64,000 bases of DNA from Bacteroidia bacterium (GTDB lineage: Bacteria; Bacteroidota; Bacteroidia; NS11-12g; UBA9320). Below are positions 49,066-57,895 of this stretch, piece by piece. Position 1 is the first letter of the stretch. The number at the start of each line of letters is the position of its first letter. Location: the NCBI GenBank assembly GCA_965216465.1, contig CBDCFW010000002.1, positions 48,747-112,746 on the forward strand, in the 5' to 3' direction. The notes beneath the pieces were generated by a model, which was not told the DNA's origin, searched no databases, and saw only the letters and a list, made by a program, of their open reading frames with translations. Position numbers and translations under genes: made by a program.

Positions 49066-49947
49066 ATGAGTAGAAGAGCAGGAAGAAAACTAGCCTTAGC
49101 TGGAGTTGATAACACAACTTCAATTGAGGATTTGAGAAAGATGTCAAAAACCGTACTAGAGACTGGAATGCATGGCATTTGCTTTAGCATGTACGAAGAT
49201 GGCCAAGAGCCAGGAGATATAATAACCGAAGATCAAATTCGAAGAAGGATAGCGGTCTTGGCTCCATATACCCAATGGATAAGAAGTTTTTCTTGTACAG
49301 AAGGCAATGAATTGGTGTCAAAAGTAGCAAAGGAATATGGGCTCAAGACGTTGGTTGGAGCATGGTTAGGACCCGATAAAGAAAAGAACCAAACCGAAAT
49401 GGACGGTTTAAAGAAATTGGTTGATAAAGGCTTGGTTGATATTGCAGCAATTGGCAACGAGGTAATGTACAGAAAAGACCTAACGGAGGATGAATTGTTG
49501 GCTTACATGCATGATTTCAAAGCTGCTTGTCCGGAGGTTGAAATGGGCTATGTAGATGCCTATTACGAGTTTGGAGCTCGCCCGAGAATAACTGAAGCGT
49601 GTGATGTGATACTTTCCAACTGCTATCCATTCTGGGAGGGTTGCCCGATAGATTATGCCTTGCCTTATATGAAAGATATGTACCATCAAGCTGTGCGAGC
49701 AGGCGACGGTAAAAAAGTAATCATTACTGAAACAGGTTGGCCAAGTGAGGGTGGAGGATTTGAAGGTTCTACCGCATCAGAGCGAAACTTTTTGAAATAC
49801 TTTATCGACGCTCAGAAATGGTCGGTAAACGAAGAGATTGAGATGTTCTATTTTTCATCGTTCGATGAATCGTGGAAGGTAGGTGATGAAGGCGATGTGG
49901 GAGCTTATTGGGGCTTGTGGGATAAGGATGAGAAGCTGAAGTTTTAG
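49066..49947 (+). CDS. GH17 beta-1,3-glucosidase, cytoplasmic (no signal peptide)
   Basis: WIRSFS, AIGNEV, NCYPFWEG, ITETGWPS, FSSFDESWK, YWGLW. Confidence 0.88.
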   Translation: MSRRAGRKLALAGVDNTTSIEDLRKMSKTVLETGMHGICFSMYEDGQEPGDIITEDQIRRRIAVLAPYTQWIRSFSCTEGNELVSKVAKEYGLKTLVGAWLGPDKEKNQTEMDGLKKLVDKGLVDIAAIGNEVMYRKDLTEDELLAYMHDFKAACPEVEMGYVDAYYEFGARPRITEACDVILSNCYPFWEGCPIDYALPYMKDMYHQAVRAGDGKKVIITETGWPSEGGGFEGSTASERNFLKYFIDAQKWSVNEEIEMFYFSSFDESWKVGDEGDVGAYWGLWDKDEKLKF

Positions 49948-50615
49948 ATACGCCCATCCCACCAATAAAAAAACACCTTTTGCTTTCGTGCCGAATTCTT
50001 GTGGCCAATAATTCCGTTTTTGCGTTTTCTGAGTTTAATCGCATTTTGTAGAAATGGATTCATTGCTGGACGAGGCAGAAAAAGTTTTATCGAGTCAGAG
50101 TTATCAATCACGATACTGTTTAAACCAAAGGTCAATTGAGATCCTGAATATCTTTCTTTAGCAAGCGAAACAGAATTGAAACTATACATCTGAAACGAAG
50201 TATCGATGTTTTTGGCAGCTGAGAATATGCTTACTGTTTCGCTGATAGCACGATTGCGACCACCATTGAAGAAGTAAATGTTTATATGGTCAGCTAAAGT
50301 ATCTGATCTGCTTGTTTTTATGTGATGGTTGAAGGCCGTGTCGTATTCAAGCAGGTAATATTTGTCCGATTCCTTGAACTTACCTTTAGCATAGTAATGG
50401 TCGCCATATTTGGTCCAAGCTATTCGTGTGAATTTTCCGCTATCGGAGTTTTGGTCGGTTTTATAAAACCGATAGGCTTCGGAGTAATCTTTGTCATTGT
50501 ATAGGTATCGGGTGGTGTCTTGTGCGAAAGACGAAGAAGCATGAAGTTGCAATAAACCAATAATTAAAATCACTGCCTTATTCCAATTATGAAACTGAGG
50601 TAAAAGTAGCTTCAT
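49944..50615 (-). CDS. Exported hypothetical protein
   Basis: 223 aa, signal peptide ending SFAQ; its 3' end overlaps the GH17 stop. Confidence 0.6.
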   Translation of the reverse strand: MKLLLPQFHNWNKAVILIIGLLQLHASSSFAQDTTRYLYNDKDYSEAYRFYKTDQNSDSGKFTRIAWTKYGDHYYAKGKFKESDKYYLLEYDTAFNHHIKTSRSDTLADHINIYFFNGGRNRAISETVSIFSAAKNIDTSFQMYSFNSVSLAKERYSGSQLTFGLNSIVIDNSDSIKLFLPRPAMNPFLQNAIKLRKRKNGIIGHKNSARKQKVFFYWWDGRI

Positions 50616-50632
50616 TAGTCTGTGATTGTAAA

Positions 50633-51046
50633 TTATTTAGAATAGGAAACCGAGCGAGCATATATCATTACCCAGCTTCCGGAACGTTCACCACCTAGAT
50701 CGGTTGAAGGAGCATTTTCTAAATCAATATCGAATACGAACATCTTGCGGTCATCAGTATTTTCAGGATATTCAATACGGATGCCATTTTCTAATTCTTC
50801 ATACTGAACCTCAAATCCGAGGCTATGCATTTTAGCAACATCTCCTTCTTGTGATGGCCTTGCTTCTTTAGAAACAATTGCGTTTCCATCGTTATCCATA
50901 TTGATAGTTAACGTGACATACTCATCGTTCACATTACTCAGTCCCGAGACCGTAAAATCTGCCGGCAGTTCAGGCTTGGTAGTTGAGCACGAGGCAATTA
51001 GAACCATGAGAAGTGCATAAATAGGGGTGGTGTAGAGGTTTTTCAT
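50633..51046 (-). CDS. Hypothetical lipoprotein
   Basis: IASC lipobox; TATCTTTG element 5 nt upstream. Confidence 0.7.
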   Translation of the reverse strand: MKNLYTTPIYALLMVLIASCSTTKPELPADFTVSGLSNVNDEYVTLTINMDNDGNAIVSKEARPSQEGDVAKMHSLGFEVQYEELENGIRIEYPENTDDRKMFVFDIDLENAPSTDLGGERSGSWVMIYARSVSYSK

Positions 51047-51173
51047 GTTACCAAAGATAGTGGATTGAAGTTGAATCGTCGATTAACAAGCATATGCCTT
51101 ATTGGTTACTTGGATGAGGCCCTTCATAAATCCAGCATGTTTTATTCCCAGAGTATAGCTATCTTCGGTATCC

Positions 51174-51740
51174 ATGCGAAATCTCTTTTTACTCTTCCTA
51201 CTTGGAGCATCGGTCTTTGCTCATGCCCAAACAGGCTATGAAGTCATCGATAAGGCCGAAAAACTATATGAGCGAGGACGGTATACTAAAGCCTTGGTGC
51301 TTCTAAAGCGTGCTGAAAACATGAATTATGGGTTTTGCGGTAATGCTTGGATGTCGGCCCACAGGTCTATTGGTTTGTTGAGGTCAAGCATCTATATCGA
51401 ACAGGGTAAATATCAACGTGCACGAAACACATTGGATTCACTTTTGTCTTTGTATCCAGATGATAATGGAGATTCCATTCGTATCGTTTCTTATCAATTG
51501 GAGTACGGAAAGGATACGCTCAGTAAATATATAGACGAGGGGTTGGAAAACGTCAGGTTTCATGATGTGGATTTCCTCCTTTTTGTTGAAATTCCATTAA
51601 GCAATGGCATCATTATACGCTTGAAACCACAAATACTCGAAGTGTCTAGGTTGTATACCAAGAATCGCAATGAACAAATTCCATATTGGAGAGAAGAATT
51701 TAAAAAGTCCTCAAATTATAAGCTTATTAAAGGAGGATAA
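51174..51740 (+). CDS. Exported TPR-like helical protein
   Basis: Signal peptide AHAQ; AEKLYERGRYTKAL and IYIEQGKYQRAR TPR-like helices; FCGNAW motif. Confidence 0.6.
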   Translation: MRNLFLLFLLGASVFAHAQTGYEVIDKAEKLYERGRYTKALVLLKRAENMNYGFCGNAWMSAHRSIGLLRSSIYIEQGKYQRARNTLDSLLSLYPDDNGDSIRIVSYQLEYGKDTLSKYIDEGLENVRFHDVDFLLFVEIPLSNGIIIRLKPQILEVSRLYTKNRNEQIPYWREEFKKSSNYKLIKGG

Positions 51741-51742
51741 AT

Positions 51743-52780
51743 TCAATGGATAGTGCATCCTTTAGGCAAATAATTTAAGCCCGAGTGTACATATTCTCTG
51801 TGCCTAAACCGTTTCAACTTTGTAAGTTTTGCAGTTTCAGGGGGAAGTGCCACCTTGCCATAGAATAGCAATTCTAACTCTTCAAGCTGGGTAATTAAAC
51901 CTATTTCGGAAGGCAGATTAATAATATCAGAACTGTAATCGTAGATGAGTAATTTTCTGAGATTTGGCATCTGTGAGAGTGTTTCTAATGGACTAGCAAA
52001 TTCTTTAAAGTTTTGATCTGTGATATACAGCGTTCGTAAAGTTTTGAGCTCCACGATATTCTCCGGAATCTTCTTTACATTCGGAAGATTGAGATGATTA
52101 AGCTTAGGAAGTTTTGAGAACAGATCAAGGGTTTTTGTGAGATTGAGTCTTTTGCTGCCATTAATGTTGATGTGCTTGAGGTTTTCAAGCTTGGTTAAAG
52201 TCACCGGAAAACTTTTGAGCTGATTGTCAATCAACATTAATGTTCTAAGTGCTTTCAATTCTCCTATTTCATCAGGTAGATTTTTAATTTGACTTCCGTT
52301 AAGTCTTAACGATTCCAGTTTCTTTAGTTCACCAATTTCCTTAGGAAGCTTTTTAAATGGATTCCAACTCAAATCTAAGATCTGTAGCTGTGCTAGTTTC
52401 CTAATTTCTGGTGGGATAGATTTAAACTGATTGCTGGCCAGATATAGTTCTTCTAGCTTACTGAGTTCAAAAAGTTCTGGAGGTAATTCGGTGATGTTGT
52501 TGCTATTTACAAATCCTACACCTTGAACAAAGCCTAAATGTAAGACCTGCAGATTTTTTAGTTTAAAAACATCCTTGGGTATGGTATCAAGATTGGAGCC
52601 AGAAAGATCCAATATTGAAACCTTGTCAGGAGTTGCCATTGCCAGCTCTAGCGAAGTAAATACCTCTTCATAGCTCGGCCGATGCCTGTAGTTCAATAAT
52701 TGAGCATTGGCACTTTGATATGCGTTAAACAACAAAAGAACTGCTAGTAACTTAATGCTTGAAGTGCTCGATGTTTTCAT
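51743..52780 (-). CDS. Exported leucine-rich repeat protein
   Basis: Signal peptide; repeated LxxLxLxxNxLxxLPxEI. Confidence 0.9.
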   Translation of the reverse strand: MKTSSTSSIKLLAVLLLFNAYQSANAQLLNYRHRPSYEEVFTSLELAMATPDKVSILDLSGSNLDTIPKDVFKLKNLQVLHLGFVQGVGFVNSNNITELPPELFELSKLEELYLASNQFKSIPPEIRKLAQLQILDLSWNPFKKLPKEIGELKKLESLRLNGSQIKNLPDEIGELKALRTLMLIDNQLKSFPVTLTKLENLKHININGSKRLNLTKTLDLFSKLPKLNHLNLPNVKKIPENIVELKTLRTLYITDQNFKEFASPLETLSQMPNLRKLLIYDYSSDIINLPSEIGLITQLEELELLFYGKVALPPETAKLTKLKRFRHREYVHSGLNYLPKGCTIH

Positions 52781-52813
52781 TAGTTATTATGAGTCTTTCC
52801 AAAATTAAGCAAC

Positions 52814-53752
52814 TTAGTCAAGATCTTTAGTCAATTTCTGTTTTACGGTGTAGTTCTTGAAGCTGTTCCTTTTTCCAACTACGATTTTGATTGGAATTTT
52901 GCCTTCGTCGTAGAAATACTTTTGATTCCTATCGCGATGAAATCTAAACTTAATTTTTGTAAGCCGGTTTTCTTTATCGTAGATAAATTTTTGGTTTTTA
53001 ATGCAAACAATTTCGTCATAATAACGGCCTCGAAATTTAGCTTTCTTAAGCTGTTCATGTGAGTTGATTTTGTACGTCTGTGACTTAATTTCACGCACTG
53101 TCCAATGGGCTCGCGACTCCCACTTTCCAATTCTGGCAGGAGAATCAAGGCCATAGTTGGAGAACATATATTCTTCTTTGAAAATTGTTTTTCTATCTAT
53201 ATTTGAGATAGCTGATAAAGAAACAAATGTCGAATCTTTACTGAATGTAAAAGTACTATCTAAATTCCCGGTTTTGTTGTAGTAAAATGAACTCCTGGAG
53301 GTGTCATTCCAGCTGTGTATGCTATTAATAAATGGGTCGTCAGGGTTTTTGGTAATGCTCAGAAACTCACCAAATCCGAAATTTCTATCTATATACTTCC
53401 AAGAGCTAAAGAAATAATATTCATGCTCTAAACTAGGGGTTGAAATGGTCTCAATTAAAACCTCGTCGCTTATTAGACCTGTTTCAAAATAGCGAATCGT
53501 TAGTGAATCACTATACACTGTTCCTTTTGATTTTTTAGTTTTAACAAATAAGCTAGAGTCACTTCGTGAATAATGAAAGCTTCGATCTTGATCATCTTCG
53601 CATTCTACATAAATTTCAGCAAGGCTATCACCATAAAAGTTAAAAATGGATTGTGGGTCTCCATCAATCAAACTGGGTAATGGCACTTGAGCAATAGCAG
53701 ATATTGTCCATAATTTAAATATTAGAAGAATTAGGACAATAGTGTGTTTCAT
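52814..53752 (-). CDS. Exported hypothetical protein
   Basis: Probable start at ATG 53752 (MKHTIV...AIAQ); YD-like segments (FIYDKENRLTKI, YFYDEGK). Confidence 0.6.
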   Translation of the reverse strand: MKHTIVLILLIFKLWTISAIAQVPLPSLIDGDPQSIFNFYGDSLAEIYVECEDDQDRSFHYSRSDSSLFVKTKKSKGTVYSDSLTIRYFETGLISDEVLIETISTPSLEHEYYFFSSWKYIDRNFGFGEFLSITKNPDDPFINSIHSWNDTSRSSFYYNKTGNLDSTFTFSKDSTFVSLSAISNIDRKTIFKEEYMFSNYGLDSPARIGKWESRAHWTVREIKSQTYKINSHEQLKKAKFRGRYYDEIVCIKNQKFIYDKENRLTKIKFRFHRDRNQKYFYDEGKIPIKIVVGKRNSFKNYTVKQKLTKDLD

Positions 53753-53799
53753 GCTGGATAAACGTAGATATAGCATGAAAAATTTTGAAGGTAATCGAA

Positions 53800-54576
53800 T
53801 TACTCCTTCACCAACTTGCTGCGAAAGACTTGCTCGTCTAAAACATATTCAACAAAGTAAACTCCAGTTGAAAGGTCACTTATGTCATAGCTTTCAGTAG
53901 CGGTAAATACCTTCACTTCTTGGCCTTGTTGGTTCAGAAGTGTTACTTGTTCAGGTTGTCGTTCTCCTTTAAAAGTAAAAGAACCAATGGTGGGGTTCGG
54001 GTGCAAAATAAGTTGCTTTCTTGGTTCATCTATGTTTGCAATTTCACCAACTTTCACCACGCTGACAGAATCAATAAATCCACACACATTTGCATGCAGA
54101 TCTGATGAAATCCAAATTTGAGCAAAATGAGCCTTAGCAGTAGCCTCAGTTCGCGAACTAAGGGTTATCCACTCTGGATTTACTGCACGTGTGCCTTTAG
54201 CCCGGCCAGATAGAAAATTGGTGTCTTGGTCAAATAATAGAAGTCCCTAGGAAACATTCCCCGGATCAATTCCGGGAGTGCATTGTAAAGCTTTAAATTG
54301 TATACTTAATTGGTTAATTGAATTGGGTTCAATTTCAAAAATGCTCGATCTGAAGTCAACTGATACAAAATAACTAGTGTCGATAATTTTCATGCAATAT
54401 TTCCCGGAATATGCTGAATTTGAGTCAAGCTCTACAATACCATTTTTTATTTCCCAGTTGCTCGGAAAGCCATCAATAACTTCCTCAAAATTTTGATTCT
54501 TAACGGTTTGTGCAGTTGCATTTGAAGTTAGAAATGATGTTAGGAGCAATACAATTATTTGAATAGAATGCTTCAT
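53800..54576 (-). pseudogene. T9SS-secreted CBM-like protein interrupted by one in-frame TAG (54247-54249)
   Basis: ORFs 54247-54576 and 53800-54087 share a frame; the intervening 54088-54246 is open (GLLLFDQDTNFLSGRAKG...QIWISSDLHAN), giving signal peptide, jelly-roll domain and CTD in 258 codons. Confidence 0.75.
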
Positions 54577-54868
54577 AATTAAGTAAAATTAATCACAACA
54601 ATTCTTTGTAGGCAATTGAGTTTGTAAACGTACAATTTTAGTTTACATCATGAGCTTTAATTAACTAGAGTAGACATTACGTATCATTATTTCTCTTATT
54701 CTTTAATTATTTTAGTTCTGAAAGTTTGCTCGTCTAAAACATACTCAACAAAGTAAACTCCAGTTGAAAGGTCACTTATGTCATAGCTTTCAGCAGCGGT
54801 AAACACCCTGATTTCTTGTCCTTGTTGGTTCAAAATTGTTACCTGCTCAGGTTGTCGTTCTCCTTTAA
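53830..54868. repeat. 143-bp direct repeat encoding the T9SS CTD (53830-53972 and 54726-54868)
   Basis: Ungapped alignment by eye shows about 11 mismatches in 143 bp (~92% identity). Confidence 0.88.
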
Positions 54869-55991
54869 TTGAAAAGAAGTTTGTTGTCGGATTTGGATAC
54901 AACTCTATTTGGGCTTCCGTAATTTCAAATAGATTTGATAGGTGCGTGTTGTTCTTGTAGTATTGGAATTTGCCATAATACTCTCCAATCAACAGATCTT
55001 CGTCACCATCTCCATCAAAATCAGCAAAGACCGGTGCAGCTAAGTAATACGTTGAATTCACTCCGTTAGCATTGTAAACAGGACTTTCAAAGCTCGGATT
55101 GGTTACTGTTCCGATGTTTTTAAAGTAATAAGTTGCTCCTTCATAACCTCCAACAAGCATGTCCAAATCGCCATCCTCATCTACATCTGAGAACGAAGGA
55201 ATATTTACATATCCCAAAGGAGGGGCAATGTCAAATGGATTAGCTTGCGATGCGGCAAATTGCGGATTTGATTTAGTTCCTGTATTCTCATAATACCTCA
55301 ATGTACCATAGTACTCGCCAACCATGAGGTCTAAGTCACCATCTTGATCGAGGTCAACAAACGTAGGGAAGGCAAAATTGTATGACGCTGTTAAACCAAA
55401 CGGATTTTCTACAGGGTCATCGAAATTCGGATTTGATTTATCTCCTATATTCTCATAGTAAAACAGTGAGCCATAATATCCTCCTGCCAAAAGGTCTAAA
55501 TCTCCATCATCATCCAGGTCAGCAAAGGTAGGAGCGTTGATATAGCCGTAAGATGGGTTGATATTAAAAGGGTTGGAAGTTGGAACCGCAAAATATGGAT
55601 TTGTCGACGTGCCAACATTTTTGAAATATTTAAATTGGCCATAATATTCTCCAACCAATAAGTCTAAATCTCCATCATCGTCTAAGTCTGCAGCTGCAGG
55701 AAGAGCAAAATATGTCGTAGCTTTTAAGCCATAAGGATTTTCTGTCGGGCCACTAAAAACTTGTGCTTTTGCAGAATCACCAAATCCAAACAAAACTGCA
55801 GCAGAACCTAAAATATGCTTCAGTTTCATTCTGGTGATAATTGAAGATAAATCGTTAATCAAAGATCTGATTTGAGCCAGCAAGGTGTCAATAGTTGCTG
55901 AACTGTAATTCTTAGTTTGGTTAAGGTAGAAATTTAGTGTGCTAACCAGCTCTTGAAGCCGTTTAATTTTTTTGTGAGGAGTTTTCTTCAT
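54696..55991 (-). CDS. FG-GAP/VCBS repeat protein with T9SS CTD and an extended N-terminal leader
   Basis: Five DxDxDGDxDLxxG repeats about 55 aa apart; CTD LYPNPT; ~55-aa helical extension before the signal peptide; TATATTTG 7 nt upstream of ATG 55991. Confidence 0.85.
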   Translation of the reverse strand: MKKTPHKKIKRLQELVSTLNFYLNQTKNYSSATIDTLLAQIRSLINDLSSIITRMKLKHILGSAAVLFGFGDSAKAQVFSGPTENPYGLKATTYFALPAAADLDDDGDLDLLVGEYYGQFKYFKNVGTSTNPYFAVPTSNPFNINPSYGYINAPTFADLDDDGDLDLLAGGYYGSLFYYENIGDKSNPNFDDPVENPFGLTASYNFAFPTFVDLDQDGDLDLMVGEYYGTLRYYENTGTKSNPQFAASQANPFDIAPPLGYVNIPSFSDVDEDGDLDMLVGGYEGATYYFKNIGTVTNPSFESPVYNANGVNSTYYLAAPVFADFDGDGDEDLLIGEYYGKFQYYKNNTHLSNLFEITEAQIELYPNPTTNFFSIKGERQPEQVTILNQQGQEIRVFTAAESYDISDLSTGVYFVEYVLDEQTFRTKIIKE

Positions 55992-56013
55992 TTCCTAACA
56001 AATATAGAAAAAA

Positions 56014-57084
56014 TTAGTCACCACCTTGAGCCCAAAAAGTAGCATTTGGAATCATTAAGCCTTCCGTATGTCTGGGAGTGCTGGTATTTAAGATATTGGG
56101 CCTTGTTTTTTCGGGTAAAACTTTGATGTCGTAGATCTCATCAACCGAAGTGAGATAGGTGATCTTACCGGCTATACTTCCCGTAGGAAGGTGAACGATT
56201 AAGATGCCTGCTTCCTGTGCTTTGTCTGCAAAAGGTAACTTAGAAAATGTCGATGAATTTTTACGAAGTTTAGACATTCCAATGAACAAGTAATCACCGT
56301 ATAAGTCCATTCCTCTCAAAAAAGCGTCAACTTTCAGAATAGGATTAGATCTGCCATTATTTGTGTCAATTTGTGACAATTCTCCTTTCGCAGACTGGAG
56401 TAAATACAATTGGTTGTTGTGCAACATTGGCGAGTGAGGCATTCCTAGGTTGTTTGAAATTACCTCACTGCTTTCCACATCAAATACAACCCCAGAAGTT
56501 GTTACATTTTCTCTCCAGCTTTGGTGGCTGTTGCCTGTATTAAATGCCGTGCAATATTTCGGCAAGCCATTCATCATAGCCATTCCGTTTAAATGGCAGC
56601 GATCTTCAGAAACCAATTCGGTAATGAATGAAGGTGTCCAGTAAGGAGTGAAATTGTAATCTTGAGTGAGTTCAACCACGGTTGAAAATAGTGTGTTTAC
56701 TGCAAATAGCCGTTGGTCTTTGCCAAAGTGCAAATCATGAATGTCGAGCGGACCAGTATGATAAGTTAGTCTAGGCATGTATAACCCGTCGTAAGTGTTC
56801 GGGTTAGGAGGATAATGAGTAGCTAAATCGTTTGAATTTGCAAAAAGAACAATCTCTTTCTTCGTTGCTAGTGCTAATTTATCTGAGGTGCCATCGTAGG
56901 CAATTCCCATGGGTTTGCTAAAAGTTCGAGGCAATTGTACTAGACTATGTTCGTCTTTGGCCGAAATAAAAATCAGTTTACCAGCTTGATAGGTTGATAT
57001 CGCTAAGGTGCAGTTGAGCCTGGCCAATAATTCAGGTACTTGCGGAGTATATTGACAACTAAATGGAGCTAGAGCTTTATTCAT
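56014..57084 (-). CDS. TIGR03032/DUF4915 family protein
   Basis: LAISTYQAGKL, TGPLDIHDL, VNTLFS, EDRCHLNGMA, MPHSP, FLRGM, EIYDI. Confidence 0.85.
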   Translation of the reverse strand: MNKALAPFSCQYTPQVPELLARLNCTLAISTYQAGKLIFISAKDEHSLVQLPRTFSKPMGIAYDGTSDKLALATKKEIVLFANSNDLATHYPPNPNTYDGLYMPRLTYHTGPLDIHDLHFGKDQRLFAVNTLFSTVVELTQDYNFTPYWTPSFITELVSEDRCHLNGMAMMNGLPKYCTAFNTGNSHQSWRENVTTSGVVFDVESSEVISNNLGMPHSPMLHNNQLYLLQSAKGELSQIDTNNGRSNPILKVDAFLRGMDLYGDYLFIGMSKLRKNSSTFSKLPFADKAQEAGILIVHLPTGSIAGKITYLTSVDEIYDIKVLPEKTRPNILNTSTPRHTEGLMIPNATFWAQGGD

Positions 57085-57197
57085 TAAGTCAAAAATAGGA
57101 GAAATTGGCAGACTTAAAATGGAGTGCTTAAAATAGGATTTTCTTGAAGTAATTCAATAATGTGTAATTTGTAAACTTCTAAACAAATAGAAAAACT

Positions 57198-57722
57198 TTG
57201 AGCTATTTAAACTTTACAGAACTGGAAACGGAAAGACTGATATTGTCTCGACTAGAAGAGTCGGATTGGAAAGAAATTATGTTCTTAAGAAGTGATAAGC
57301 GTGTTAATCAATTCGTGAAAAGAAAACCTGCTGATACAAAGGCAAAGTCTTTAAAGTTTATTGTGAATATTCAAAAGGGAGTTGCGAACTACAGTTTTTA
57401 CTATTGGAAAATTCGGTTGAAATCAAGCAGAACTATGATTGGCAGCGTTTGCTTATGGAACTTTTCTGAAGATAGAAAAGTAGCTGAGCTTGGGTATGAC
57501 TTGATGCCTGAATTTCAAGGAAAGGGAATTATGAGTGAAGCGGTAGAAAAGGTGATTCAATTTGGAACTCAATCGTTAGAATTAAAAACCATTCAAGCCT
57601 ATACACACGGCCAAAATCTTCCTTCCATAGCCTTACTCGAGCGTCACGGCTTTAAGTTAAATCGATCATTGCGTGATGATTCAAACAGTGATAATGTTGT
57701 GTTTGAGTTAGAGGTGGGTTGA
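57198..57722 (+). CDS. GNAT N-acetyltransferase, RimJ/RimL family
   Basis: LETERLIL, AELGYDLMPEFQGKGIMSEA, NLPSIALLERHGF. Confidence 0.9.
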   Translation: MSYLNFTELETERLILSRLEESDWKEIMFLRSDKRVNQFVKRKPADTKAKSLKFIVNIQKGVANYSFYYWKIRLKSSRTMIGSVCLWNFSEDRKVAELGYDLMPEFQGKGIMSEAVEKVIQFGTQSLELKTIQAYTHGQNLPSIALLERHGFKLNRSLRDDSNSDNVVFELEVG

Positions 57723-57861
57723 GAGAGAAGGAGTAGAGTTGATTTGGCTTAGTCAGTTGCTAAATTTTACTGCATAAGCGAGTGATCTCAAAGTTGTTGA
57801 GCGTTTAGTCCATTGCAAGTGCGTACTTATAAATTTGGAACTCCAGTACCTAGATATAAGG

Positions 57862-57890
57862 TGCAACATCTTATTTATTATCTTCGTCTA
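57862..57890 (+). promoter_or_regulatory. Candidate ECF-sigma promoter upstream of the Kelch gene
   Basis: TGCAAC-N17-CGTCTA; overlaps a -7-like TATCTTCG. Confidence 0.35.
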
Positions 57891-57895
57891 TCAAT

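Noticed and set aside
54247-54249. Pyrrolysine or genetic-code reassignment as the explanation for the in-frame TAG
   Set aside because: TAG ends several intact genes in this window and no pyl genes are visible
53830-54868. CTD repeat as a diversity-generating retroelement TR/VR pair
   Set aside because: Mismatches are not adenine-specific, both copies are coding CTDs, and no reverse transcriptase is present in the window
54950-55750. Periodic nucleotide repeats as a possible CRISPR array or VNTR
   Set aside because: They are degenerate coding FG-GAP repeats, not identical repeats with unique spacers
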